45,155 bases of DNA from Nitrospirota bacterium (GTDB taxonomy: Bacteria > Nitrospirota > Nitrospiria > Nitrospirales > Nitrospiraceae): the NCBI GenBank assembly GCA_016222925.1, contig JACRQB010000087.1, forward strand, positions 1 through 45,155, given 5' to 3'. This document shows positions 18,993 to 28,554 of this stretch, piece after piece (position 1 is the stretch's first letter; each line of letters starts with the position of its first letter). The notes below the pieces were generated by a model. It was not told the DNA's origin. It saw only the letters and a list, made by a program, of their open reading frames with translations, and ran no database searches. The translations under genes were made by a program, and so were the position numbers.

Positions 18993-20345
18993 ATGAGCGG
19001 GACACAGACTCAAGTGATTGTTGTGGCAGGAGCAGGACCGGCTGGGATGGCTGTTGCCAGCACGCTCTCGAAAGTCGGCCACGAAATCATTATTCTCAAT
19101 CGTGATATCAAATTCGGTGGATTGGCTGAATACGGGATCTTCCCCTCTAAGCTAAAACTCCGTGGCGGGCTCAAGAAACAGTACTGGGAACTTCTTCAGC
19201 AGAAGAACGTCCATTATTTTGGGAATGTCTCCATCGGGAACGGAAAGGACCTCACGGTCGAAGATGTGCGCGGGCTGGGTGCGAACGCCGTGGTTTTCAC
19301 GATCGGTGCGCAGGGGACCAAGGCCATCGGTGTCGAGGGGGACTCGGCTCAGGGCGTGTTTCATGCAAAAGATGTGGTCTATCACTTCAATCGTTTACCG
19401 GGCTTCGGCGACCGTCCATTTGAAATGGGACAACACGTTGCTGTGATCGGGGCGGGAGATGTGATGGTGGATATTGCCCACTGGTTGATTCGCTATAAGA
19501 AAGTTGAGAGGGTCACGGCTATCGTAAGACGGGGTCCCGTAGAACGTAAGTACAATCCAAAGGAAATTCGCAGCGTTTGCGCCAACATGGACCTTGATGG
19601 AATCAAAGCTGAGTTTGAGCGCATTCAGGACCGTCTCGCCAAGGTCGGCCAGAATTCTGATGAGGTTTTGAAGGCATTCACAGACGAATTTACCAAATGT
19701 GAGGCGAAGGTATCCGAGACAAAGATGGACTTCCGTTTCCTTGCGTCACCGAAGCGTATTCTGGTTGACGGCAATAATCGGGTTCGTGGACTTGAAATGG
19801 AAGATAACCGGCTTGACCCGAAGGGTGAGGATACGGTCGCAGTGGGCTTGAAGGCGTATTACGAGTTTCCTTGTGATTCAGTTGTGTTTGCCGTCGGTGA
19901 CAAGGTGGATGAGACGGTCGGGCTACCCTATAAGAACGGCATGTTTACCACGAACCCGAACAAGACCGGGAATGATCCCGATGATGCACTCTTTCAGGCC
20001 TACGATGAATCTACAGGCCAGGTGATGGACGGCGTATTTTTGGCCGGTTGGGCTCGGAAAGCCAGCGAGGGACTCGTCGGCGTCGCGAAGCGTGACGGAG
20101 ATTGGTGTGCAGAGGTGGTCGAACGGTACCTTGCAACCAAGGCAGGGGAGGGAGACGCGAAAATCGTTCTGGGTCGGTTGCATGCGCGTTTGAAGCAACG
20201 TCAGAGTCGTCCGGTCGACGTGAATGGGTTGAGGGCACTGGATGTGGCCGAACACTCATTTGCCGAGAAGTCGGATTGTATCGGGGAGTTCAAGTTTTCA
20301 GCCAATCAGGAGATGCTCAAATATATTGAGCAGGGGAGAGTGTGA
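18993..20345 (+). CDS. FAD/NADP-dependent oxidoreductase, ferredoxin-NADP+ reductase (FprA/adrenodoxin reductase-like)
   Basis: GAGPAG, FGGLAEYGI.P, VIGAGDVMVD, RRGP, F.FL.SP, GW.R....G.VG. Confidence 0.8.
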   Translation: MSGTQTQVIVVAGAGPAGMAVASTLSKVGHEIIILNRDIKFGGLAEYGIFPSKLKLRGGLKKQYWELLQQKNVHYFGNVSIGNGKDLTVEDVRGLGANAVVFTIGAQGTKAIGVEGDSAQGVFHAKDVVYHFNRLPGFGDRPFEMGQHVAVIGAGDVMVDIAHWLIRYKKVERVTAIVRRGPVERKYNPKEIRSVCANMDLDGIKAEFERIQDRLAKVGQNSDEVLKAFTDEFTKCEAKVSETKMDFRFLASPKRILVDGNNRVRGLEMEDNRLDPKGEDTVAVGLKAYYEFPCDSVVFAVGDKVDETVGLPYKNGMFTTNPNKTGNDPDDALFQAYDESTGQVMDGVFLAGWARKASEGLVGVAKRDGDWCAEVVERYLATKAGEGDAKIVLGRLHARLKQRQSRPVDVNGLRALDVAEHSFAEKSDCIGEFKFSANQEMLKYIEQGRV

Positions 20346-20366
20346 AGTCTTTGGCAGGCTTCATCC

Positions 20367-20999
20367 TCAAGCATGCCCCCATTTCAGTTTTTCCCGCAAC
20401 TGCAGGGCGGGATTCATGATAGGCCCTCCTGCAGAGAGCGAGTAGGCTGTAGAGCCTGTCGGTGTTCCAATGATCAGGCCGTCCCCTCGCAGATTCGTCA
20501 CGAACTGGCCATCAATGGTGATGTGGAGTTCAATCATGCGAGCCAGGGTTCCCTTGCTGATGACGACATCGTTGAGTACGATGCCTCTCGCAACGGTTTC
20601 CCCATGCCGATGGACGTGTGTGGCCAGCATCAGTCGTTCATCAAGAGTAAAATCGTTGGCAAATACCAGTTCGAGGGAAGGATAGAGGTTGTCCAATCGG
20701 ACTTCCGTCAAGAAGCCAAGGCCTCCCATGTTGACACCCAGGATGGGAATGCTCCGTTCTGCCGCGAGCCGTGCAGCATTGAGAATGGTACCGTCCCCTC
20801 CGAGTACCAAGAGAACATCGGCTTTCTGAGCCAGTTGAGTCTTGGGAATTCCTCCGACCTCGTTCAAGAGTGCTGCAGATGTTGTGTCGAGCAAGACATC
20901 AATGTTACGGGCACGGAGCCAGGCAGCCACGGCGAGCAGCGTGTCTTTTACTTCAGGGAACTTGGGCTTGGTCAAGATCCCAATGCTTTTACTTTTCAT
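20367..20999 (-). pseudogene. nadK: NAD kinase with a large internal deletion near the C-terminus
   Basis: LGGDGT, GVNMGGLGFL, LNDVVI, GDGLIIGTPTGSTAYSLSAGGP, then a direct jump to the terminal LREKLKW. The PICPH/RP and DGQ segments are absent. Confidence 0.88.
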
Positions 21000-21036
21000 G
21001 GATACCAGGCATATGGTTGGGCGAACGGGGAGTGTG

Positions 21037-21066
21037 ATTGTATCGGGATGCTGATTTTCATGTCAA
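21037..21066 (-). promoter_or_regulatory. sigma70 promoter for nadK
   Basis: Minus strand TTGACA-18 nt-TACAAT. Confidence 0.6.
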
Positions 21067-21093
21067 CGGAAAGTCCATGTTCTCCGCTCAATC

Positions 21094-21122
21094 TTGACTC
21101 TCAATCATACTGTGGTTAGAAT
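21094..21122 (+). promoter_or_regulatory. sigma70 promoter for clpC
   Basis: TTGACT-17 nt-TAGAAT. Confidence 0.65.
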
Positions 21123-21192
21123 CACAGCAAGGTTTTTCAAGGGTTTTGCTCGAACGCGGCCAGGAGTTTCACTCTCTGAGTAAGGAGGCAGG

Positions 21193-23437
21193 ATGTTCGA
21201 ACGATTCACGGACAAAGGTCGAAAGATCATCATCCTCGCGCGCGAGGAGGCCGAGCGGCACCAAAACGACTATCTAGGGACTGAACATCTCGTCCTGGCC
21301 ATCCTCCGTGAGTCTGATGGCATTGCTCTTATGATTCTGAAAAAGATGGGGCTTTCTACTGAGCAGATCAGGTTGGAAATCGAGCGGAATCTGCCCGGCG
21401 GCGGAACGACGATGACGTTTGGGGAAATTCCATTTAGCCCACGCGTGAAGAAGGTCATTGAATATGGTGTTGAGGAGGCCCGCCTGCTGGGCCACAACCA
21501 CATCGGTAGTGAGCACCTGCTTCTTGGATTGTTGCGGGAAGAAGAGGGAATCGGTGGGAAAATTCTTCGGAGTTTGGGCGCAAATCTTCTGACGGCGCGT
21601 CAGCTGACCGTGACGTTTTTGCGGAAATCTGCTCCACGTGAACGTGATCGAAAGAGCAATACCCCGGCGTTGGATGAGTTTGGCCGTGATCTGACGCAGA
21701 TGGCTCAAGAAGGTCAATTGGACCCGGTGATTGGTCGAGCTGATGAAATCGAACGTGTGTTGCAAATTCTCAGTCGGAGAAGCAAAAACAATCCCGTCCT
21801 TATCGGCGAGTCTGGTGTGGGAAAGACCGCGATTGTCGAGGGGCTAGCTCAGCGCATCATTCAGTCCGAAGTTCCTGACAACCTGCTCTCTCGTCGGGTC
21901 ATCGCCTTGGATCTAGGGTCGCTTGTGGCAGGCACAAAATATCGTGGACAGTTTGAAGAGCGCCTCAAGGTGGTCATGAAGGAGATTGTCCAAGCGGGTA
22001 ATATCATTATCTTCATTGATGAACTTCATACCCTCGTTGGGGCTGGGGCTGCGGAAGGGTCTATTGATGCCTCCAATATGCTGAAGCCGGCCTTATCGCG
22101 CGGCGAGATCCAATGCATTGGGGCTACGACCTTGGATGAGTACCGAAAGCATATTGAAAAAGACGGTGCCTTGAAGCGGCGATTCCAACCCATCCACGTT
22201 CAGCCGCCCAATCTCGACGAAACGGTCCGCATTATCCAAGGGCTTCGGGACCGATACGAAGAGCATCATGGAGTGGAAATCACGGAGGATGCCATTGTTG
22301 AGGCCGTGAAGTTGGCGGATCGGTACATCACTGACCGGTTCCTTCCGGACAAGGCGATCGATTTGATCGACGAAACGGGCTCGCGCGCCAAACTCCAGAC
22401 CTACGCCCTCCCTTCTGAATTGAAAGCGATGGAGCAAGAGCTGAAGAAGGTGTCGCGAGAGAAGGAGCTCTCGATCTCCATGCAGAATTTCGAAGAGGCC
22501 GTACGGCACCGTGAGGAAGAAGAGCGGCTGCGCAAGCTGCTCGACGAATCTAAGCGAGAATGGAAGAAGAATCAGGAAAAGAACAAGCCTGTGATCGGTA
22601 AAGAGGATGTCGCTTATGTTGTCTCGAAAATGACCGGTATTCCGCTCTTTAAGTTGGAAGAAGAAGAGTCCAACAAGCTCTTGCGCATGGAAGAGTTTCT
22701 CCATAAACGAGTCATCGGTCAAAATGAGGCGATCTCTGCGGTTGCTCGTGCCATCCGCCGTTCTCGTGCCGGTTTGAAGGAAGGGGTACGAAGAAGGGGG
22801 GCAGCTGACCGAGAAGGTCCGCCGTCGGCCTTATTCAGTCGTATTGTTCGATGAAATTGAGAAGGCGCATCCGGATGTGTTCAATGTTCTCCTTCAAGTA
22901 TTAGACGACGGCGTGCTGACCGATAGTCTTGGACGAAAGATTGATTTCAAAAATACGGTTGTCATTATGACGTCCAATATCGGGACGAAAATGATTCAGA
23001 AGGGTGTTTCTCTTGGTTTTCAGAGCACCGAGGGCGAAGCCGCGCGTCGGAAGAAGGAAGAAGTACTCGGAGAGCTTCGGAAGTCGTTTAGTCCGGAGTT
23101 CCTGAACCGGATCGATGAAATCGTGATCTTTCATCAGCTGGAAAAAGAGCAGCTCTATAGCATCTTGGATATCTTGCTCCGTGAGTTGAACCTCCGTCTC
23201 TTGGATAAAGGGATTGAGATTGAGGTCGACGATGAAGTGAAACAATGGCTTATCAAGGAGGGCTATGAGCCGTTGTACGGAGCCAGGCCAATGCGTCGGG
23301 CGATCCAACGTGCCATCGGTGACCCGCTCTCCGATGAGCTCATCAGAGGGCGCTTCAAGGAAAGCCGCAAGGTGAAAGTGGTTCTGCGGGACGGAGCCCC
23401 GACTTTCATCGAGCAGGAGGCAATGGCCGGAGTCTAG
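21193..23437 (+). pseudogene. clpC: ATP-dependent Clp protease ATPase ClpC, with internal deletion and frameshift at ~22783
   Basis: MFERFT N-domain, NBD1 [11 protein letters not shown] coil, RRSRAGLKE, then fused out of frame to GYEEGG...LFDEIEKAHP. The NBD2 Walker A (GPTGVGKT) is absent. Confidence 0.92.
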
Positions 23438-23474
23438 TGCCCTTTGTGATCGTTCACGTCCCCAGGCAATCGTT

Positions 23475-23511
23475 AGCGGCCTCTGTGGCGGATCGCTGCA
23501 GGGGCCGTTTT
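23475..23511 (+). terminator. Rho-independent terminator after clpC
   Basis: AGCGGCCTCTGTGGCG-GAT-CGCTGCAGGGGCCGTT stem (with G-U pairs) followed by Ts. Confidence 0.6.
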
Positions 23512-23545
23512 GTTATCCAATGCCATCTGGCCCATTCGTAACGAG

Positions 23546-24649
23546 ATGTATTCCTTCCCCACTCAGTCCGAATTTCAACCAGGGACTCAATGGCATCCGT
23601 GCCCGGTTCTTGGAATCGAGTCCTCATGCGATGAAACAGCTGCTGCCGTACTCAGTTGTGCAGGAGAGGTGCTTTCCAACGTCGTATCTTCACAAGTGAC
23701 CGTCCATGAAAAGTTCGGTGGCGTCGTTCCAGAATTAGCCGCACGGGCCCACCTTGGGACGATCAATTTGGTTGTCGAAGAAGCCTTGGCGACCGCCCAA
23801 GTCTCAAAACATGCTCTCGGTGCCGTGGCCGTCACCCAGGGACCTGGATTGGCTGGGGCGCTTTTGGTGGGCGTGAATTACGCCAAGGCCTTGAGTTACG
23901 GCTTGGGGATTCCGATCATTGGGGTCAATCATCTGCAGGGCCACATCGCCTCCGCATGGCTCGCCGATCCGACATTCCCGTTATCCTGCATTGTGCTGGT
24001 TGTATCGGGTGGCCACACCCATCTCTATCGCCATGGAGTCGGTGGTCGGTGTACCCTGCTGGGACGCACTCGCGACGATGCTGCCGGTGAAGCGTTCGAC
24101 AAGGGAGCTCAGATGCTTGGCTTGGGGTATCCGGGTGGACCGGCCGTTGATCGAATCGCACGTTCCGGAGATCCACAGGCCATTCGATTTCCCAGATTCC
24201 ACAGGGCAAAGAACAGTCTTGAGTTCAGTTTCAGTGGTCTAAAGACGGCGTTGTTGTATAAGCTACGAGAAATGGATGGTTCTTTGCGACCTCATCAGAC
24301 CGCCGACTTAGCGGCCAGTTACCAAGAGGCTATTGTGCAGGTCTTGGCCGTGAAGGCCTTTGTCGCCCTCGGGCAGTCGAACCTGACTGCGCTTGCAGTC
24401 GTGGGTGGGGTCTCAGCTAATTCACGGTTGAGGGCCTTACTGAGCGAGCGTGCGGCACGTGAAGGCATTCGCCTATCGCTGCCGCCTATCGAGTATTGTA
24501 CCGACAACGCTGCCATGATTGCCTCGGCGGGGCGCCAGTTGCTGATGAAAGGAGAACGACCACATGCAGATCTTGATATCAGCCCGGCTCAGAGATTCGA
24601 GACGATTCATGACGAAAATCGATCGCATATCGGTTTCTCTAAGGGATAA
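23546..24649 (+). CDS. tsaD: tRNA N6-adenosine threonylcarbamoyltransferase TsaD (start uncertain)
   Basis: LGIESSCDET, GGVVPELAARAH, GPGL, NHLQGH, VSGGHT, DDAAGEAFDK, FSFSGLKT, CTDNAAMIA. Confidence 0.96.
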   Translation: MYSFPTQSEFQPGTQWHPCPVLGIESSCDETAAAVLSCAGEVLSNVVSSQVTVHEKFGGVVPELAARAHLGTINLVVEEALATAQVSKHALGAVAVTQGPGLAGALLVGVNYAKALSYGLGIPIIGVNHLQGHIASAWLADPTFPLSCIVLVVSGGHTHLYRHGVGGRCTLLGRTRDDAAGEAFDKGAQMLGLGYPGGPAVDRIARSGDPQAIRFPRFHRAKNSLEFSFSGLKTALLYKLREMDGSLRPHQTADLAASYQEAIVQVLAVKAFVALGQSNLTALAVVGGVSANSRLRALLSERAAREGIRLSLPPIEYCTDNAAMIASAGRQLLMKGERPHADLDISPAQRFETIHDENRSHIGFSKG

Positions 24650-24660
24650 GGAGAACGCCC

Positions 24661-26355
24661 ATTCCTGATATCCGAGGTCAGATCACAGGACTGCGCACCA
24701 GCCAAGTCGCGTCGGTTGAACGACTCTACCGACGTCGTGTCTCACCCGATAAGGTCATGACCCCGGAGCTCGCCAAGGCAATGGCCCAACTGACCATTGA
24801 GCTCCGTCGCCCGATTGGCGTGCTGTTGACCAGGCGTGGACAAGTTCAGGACGTGATTGTGGGAACGGAATTGACGTTGTCTTCCGCAACGCTGACGCTG
24901 TTCCGTACGGGCGCGCGATCGCTCCGTGGCCTGAGGTTTATTCGTACGCAACTGCATGATCAGCCCATCAATCAAGAGTTGCTGACAGACCTTGCCTTCT
25001 TGCGACTTGATCTGATCGGCCTGCTCTCCGTCACGGAGGATGCTCAACTAGGCAATCTGTATCTCGCTCATCTGCTGGCACCCAATTCGACCGAGCAATT
25101 GTTCAAAGTGCTCAAGGCTGTCCCGTTCCACAATCTCACACTGATGTTCGAGCAGTTCATCGAAGAGCTTGAAGCAGACCTTCAGCAGGCACGAGCTCAC
25201 TATGCGATTGAGAGCGGTAAGGAATCGGCGATACTTGTCAGCGCCTCTGTCAAAAGCCGGTCCGAACAAGAAGAGCGTTTAGCCGAACTGGCGGAGTTGG
25301 CAACCTCTGCCGACGTCACGGTGGTCGACCGTGTCGTACAAAGAACGCCGGACGGACATCAGCGCTATCTCTTGGGCCGCGGCAAGATGAAGGATGTCCT
25401 GATTCAGACCCTCCATCGGGGCGCCGATATGGTGATCTTTGATCAAACATTGTCACCGGCTCAACTGCGAGCCATTTCAGAGCTGACTGATATCAAGGTG
25501 ATCGACCGGACACAACTGATCCTGGATATCTTTGCCCGACGAGCCCACAGCCGCGAAGGCAAAGTGCAGGTGGAACTCGCGCAGTTGCGGTACCTGCTTC
25601 CACGATTATCCGGGAAGGGCACCCAACTGTCTCGCTTGGGTGGCGGGATCGGCACTCGAGGGCCGGGTGAAACCAAGCTGGAGACTGATCGTCGCCGTGT
25701 GCGGGACCGCATCACGCATCTAGAACGAGAACTGACACAGTTTGGACGTCAGCAAGACCAACGTCGGTCCAGGCGAGATCGGCACGGACTCCCCGTCGTT
25801 TCCCTCGTGGGCTATACGAACGCCGGTAAGTCTACGTTGCTCAACGTGCTAACAAACAGTCAGGTGTCGGCTCAAAACCGGTTGTTCGAGACTCTGGACA
25901 CGACGAGTCGACGCCTACGGTTCCCGGAGGATCGCGAAGTCATCATCACCGATACGGTAGGATTTATCAGGGATCTTCCGCAAGAACTGGTCGGCGCCTT
26001 TCGCACAACGCTCGAAGAACTACGAGAGGCTGATCTCCTGCTGCATGTTGTCGATGGCAGCGCCGCAGACATCGACATTCAGATTACCGCCGTCGTCGCC
26101 ATTCTTGAGGACTTGCATTTGAACGCGATACCGAGATTAGTGGTGCTGAATAAGTGTGACCAGGTGTCCCCAGCGCGCGCTGAGTTGCTCTGCCGACGGT
26201 ATGGAGCCATTGGTATGTCGGCGCTTCAGCCCACGACACTTCGTCCTCTCTTCGCTCAGCTGGAAGCACACGTGAGATCTCTGCCAGTCGGTGAACGTCA
26301 GATTGCCGGCCTGCCGCTGCAGGACGATGCGCTGGTGCTTGCATCTCGTCGGTAA
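24661..26355 (+). CDS. hflX: GTPase HflX (long form); probable ATT start at 24661
   Basis: IFARRA.SREGK.QVELAQ, GIGTRGPGETKLE, GYTNAGKS, DTVGF, NKCD. The frame extends 32 codons upstream of the first ATG to an ATT 7 nt after TAAGGAG. Confidence 0.95.
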   Translation: MPDIRGQITGLRTSQVASVERLYRRRVSPDKVMTPELAKAMAQLTIELRRPIGVLLTRRGQVQDVIVGTELTLSSATLTLFRTGARSLRGLRFIRTQLHDQPINQELLTDLAFLRLDLIGLLSVTEDAQLGNLYLAHLLAPNSTEQLFKVLKAVPFHNLTLMFEQFIEELEADLQQARAHYAIESGKESAILVSASVKSRSEQEERLAELAELATSADVTVVDRVVQRTPDGHQRYLLGRGKMKDVLIQTLHRGADMVIFDQTLSPAQLRAISELTDIKVIDRTQLILDIFARRAHSREGKVQVELAQLRYLLPRLSGKGTQLSRLGGGIGTRGPGETKLETDRRRVRDRITHLERELTQFGRQQDQRRSRRDRHGLPVVSLVGYTNAGKSTLLNVLTNSQVSAQNRLFETLDTTSRRLRFPEDREVIITDTVGFIRDLPQELVGAFRTTLEELREADLLLHVVDGSAADIDIQITAVVAILEDLHLNAIPRLVVLNKCDQVSPARAELLCRRYGAIGMSALQPTTLRPLFAQLEAHVRSLPVGERQIAGLPLQDDALVLASRR

Positions 26356-26376
26356 CCTCTGCACAATCGGGCCGCC

Positions 26377-27042
26377 ATGAAGAAAGTCAAACGCACGAGG
26401 ACGCCGTCCGCTCTCGACCGTCCAGCGCAGATTGCCTCGAGTCTCCTTCATGCCACGCCGGTGGCTGTGGTGGAGTTAACCCATCGTTCGCCGTGGGAGC
26501 TGCTGGTTGCTACTATTCTCTCAGCGCAGTGCACAGACCAGCGAGTGAACCAGGTCACACCGGCTCTCTTTACGCGGTATCCCACACCTCACGTGATGGC
26601 GAACGCAACGTCGACGGAACTGGAGGCGTTGATCAGATCAACAGGTTTTTACAAGAGTAAGGCGAAAAACTTGATCGGTTGTGCGAAAGTCGTGACTGCG
26701 CAGTTCAAGGGGCAAGTTCCCGATACAATGGAAGAACTCACCGCGATGCCTGGTGTCGGGCGAAAAACAGCGAATGTACTCCTTGGGGCCGTATTTGGGA
26801 AGCCGGGTATTGTGGTCGATACACATGTGCGACGGGTGGCCAACCGACTCGCCCTGACCAATTCGAGTGATCCCGAGCGAATCGAACGCGATCTGCAAGC
26901 GGTGTATCCGGAAACCCAGTGGACGGATGTATCTCAGCGGTTGCTCCTTCATGGTCGGTATGTGTGCCTTGCGCGCAAGCCTCGCTGTCTTGTTTGCCCG
27001 ATTTACGATGTCTGTGAGTGGGAAGGAAAACTACCGACATGA
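26377..27042 (+). CDS. nth: Endonuclease III
   Basis: LLVATILSAQCTD, HhH PGVGRKTAN, VDTHV.R, Fe-S motif C..RKP.C..C.....C. Confidence 0.96.
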   Translation: MKKVKRTRTPSALDRPAQIASSLLHATPVAVVELTHRSPWELLVATILSAQCTDQRVNQVTPALFTRYPTPHVMANATSTELEALIRSTGFYKSKAKNLIGCAKVVTAQFKGQVPDTMEELTAMPGVGRKTANVLLGAVFGKPGIVVDTHVRRVANRLALTNSSDPERIERDLQAVYPETQWTDVSQRLLLHGRYVCLARKPRCLVCPIYDVCEWEGKLPT

Positions 27043-27917
27043 TTAAGAGTATGACAGGATTCGGCCGGCGACAGGGACTATGGTCCGACGGGACTGTCAG
27101 CGTTGAAGTGAGATCGGTGAACCATCGTTTTCTTGAAACCTCCATTCGCCTGCCGAAGTCGATGAGTGGGCTAGAAGAAAGCTTCAAGAAGACGATCCAA
27201 CAACATTGTGTACGTGGAAGGGTCGATCTCACAGTGTTGCTACAAGGGAGTCGGGGAAGTACTCGCGCAGTGCAACTTGACGTTGGACTAGCGAAGCAGT
27301 ACCATCAGGCTCTTCGTACACTCCAGCGCACGCTGAAACTTAAAGGCTCCATTGACATCGGACTGATGGCGGGTTTTCGCGATATTGTCGCGCTTTCTGA
27401 GCAGGCGGCCGACGATCCTAAGCTCACAAAAATGGTGGAGAAACTGGGGCTGCTCGCGGTGTCGGACATGGTGAAAATGCGGGAGAAGGAGGGAGCCTTG
27501 CTTGCGCAGGATATCCTGGCTCGGCTCGACCACGTGCGTGAGTGCAGGAGTGCGGTATCGTCCCGTGCTCCTTTCATTGCGCAGGAAACCTTCGACCGTA
27601 TGAAGCAGCGAGTGGAGAAGTTGTTGGCAGACGCTATCCCGGACCTCCCTCGGCTCAATCAAGAGTTGGCTCTGTATGCCGATCGGTGCGACATTACAGA
27701 AGAATTGGTCAGACTAGACACGCATATGATACAGTTTGAGCGTGCGCTCCAAGGGACCGAGTCGGTGGGAAAGACGCTGGATTTTCTTCTCCAGGAATTA
27801 GGCCGGGAGGTCAATACCATTGGATCGAAAGCCAACGACGCGGCGATCAGGGCCGACGTGGTGCGAATGAAAGCCGAGCTTGAGCGTATACGTGAACAGA
27901 TACAAAATGTCGAATGA
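27039..27917 (+). CDS. yicC: YicC/YloC family endoribonuclease
   Basis: [41 protein letters not shown]. Confidence 0.95.
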   Translation: MIKSMTGFGRRQGLWSDGTVSVEVRSVNHRFLETSIRLPKSMSGLEESFKKTIQQHCVRGRVDLTVLLQGSRGSTRAVQLDVGLAKQYHQALRTLQRTLKLKGSIDIGLMAGFRDIVALSEQAADDPKLTKMVEKLGLLAVSDMVKMREKEGALLAQDILARLDHVRECRSAVSSRAPFIAQETFDRMKQRVEKLLADAIPDLPRLNQELALYADRCDITEELVRLDTHMIQFERALQGTESVGKTLDFLLQELGREVNTIGSKANDAAIRADVVRMKAELERIREQIQNVE

Positions 27918-28172
27918 GTACCTCAATGACCACAAGTAATCTCCCTTCGGATGTGACGGGGGCTCGGCAAACTCCTGAACGTCGGGGAATTCTGTACATC
28001 ATTTCAGCTCCTTCAGGCGCAGGGAAGACGACCTTGTGTAAACAGGTCGTGGCGTCGGTTTCCGGGCTGTGGCATTCGGTGTCGTTCACGACAAGAAAAC
28101 CGCGTCCAGGAGAAGATTATTCTTGAGAAAGATGTAACATCGCCGGAAACGGAGCCGTCATCCACTTTATAA
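27914..28172 (+). pseudogene. gmk: Guanylate kinase, most of the gene deleted
   Basis: [11 protein letters not shown]...[13 protein letters not shown], then a stop at 28126. A probable C-terminal tail (KIILEKDV...STL*) remains in another frame to 28172. Canonical yicC-gmk-rpoZ-coaBC position. Confidence 0.88.
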
Positions 28173-28191
28173 CGAGGGAGCGAGACCGACT

Positions 28192-28551
28192 ATGATCGAC
28201 ATGCTGAGTTTGTTGCCGCAATACACGCCCAATGAGTTCGATTCACGCCATCGCTTGGTGATCGTCGCGTCTCAGCGCGCGAAGCACTTGACTCAAGGCG
28301 CGAAGTCAACCTGGTCCTCTCGTTTCACAAAAGAAACAACCATGGCGCTCGATGAGGTGTTGAGAGGTCATGTCAGGTATATGACCGGCAAGGAAGCCCG
28401 CGATGCCATGAAGGAAGCCAAACGAGGGAAAGAGGGTGAAACCGAGCGCATCGCGATGATGACGGGAGAGGACGCCCGCGAAATCAAGAAGGAACTCAGT
28501 GTCTACGTCGATGATACGGTCCCGCCGACGGTGGTTTCGGCTGAGGAGTAG
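28192..28551 (+). CDS. rpoZ: RNA polymerase omega subunit
   Basis: SRHRLVIVASQRAKHL...KETTMALDE, plus synteny. Confidence 0.9.
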   Translation: MIDMLSLLPQYTPNEFDSRHRLVIVASQRAKHLTQGAKSTWSSRFTKETTMALDEVLRGHVRYMTGKEARDAMKEAKRGKEGETERIAMMTGEDAREIKKELSVYVDDTVPPTVVSAEE

Positions 28552-28554
28552 GCA

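Noticed and set aside
20373-21119. 248-aa plus-strand ORF, and similar long antisense ORFs such as 10431-11132, 22093-22722 and 42029-42730
   Set aside because: Shadows of well-supported genes on the opposite strand, with no recognisable motifs
22770-22860. Programmed frameshift or a naturally split clpC
   Set aside because: Conserved sequence is physically missing at the junction, so recoding could not restore the protein
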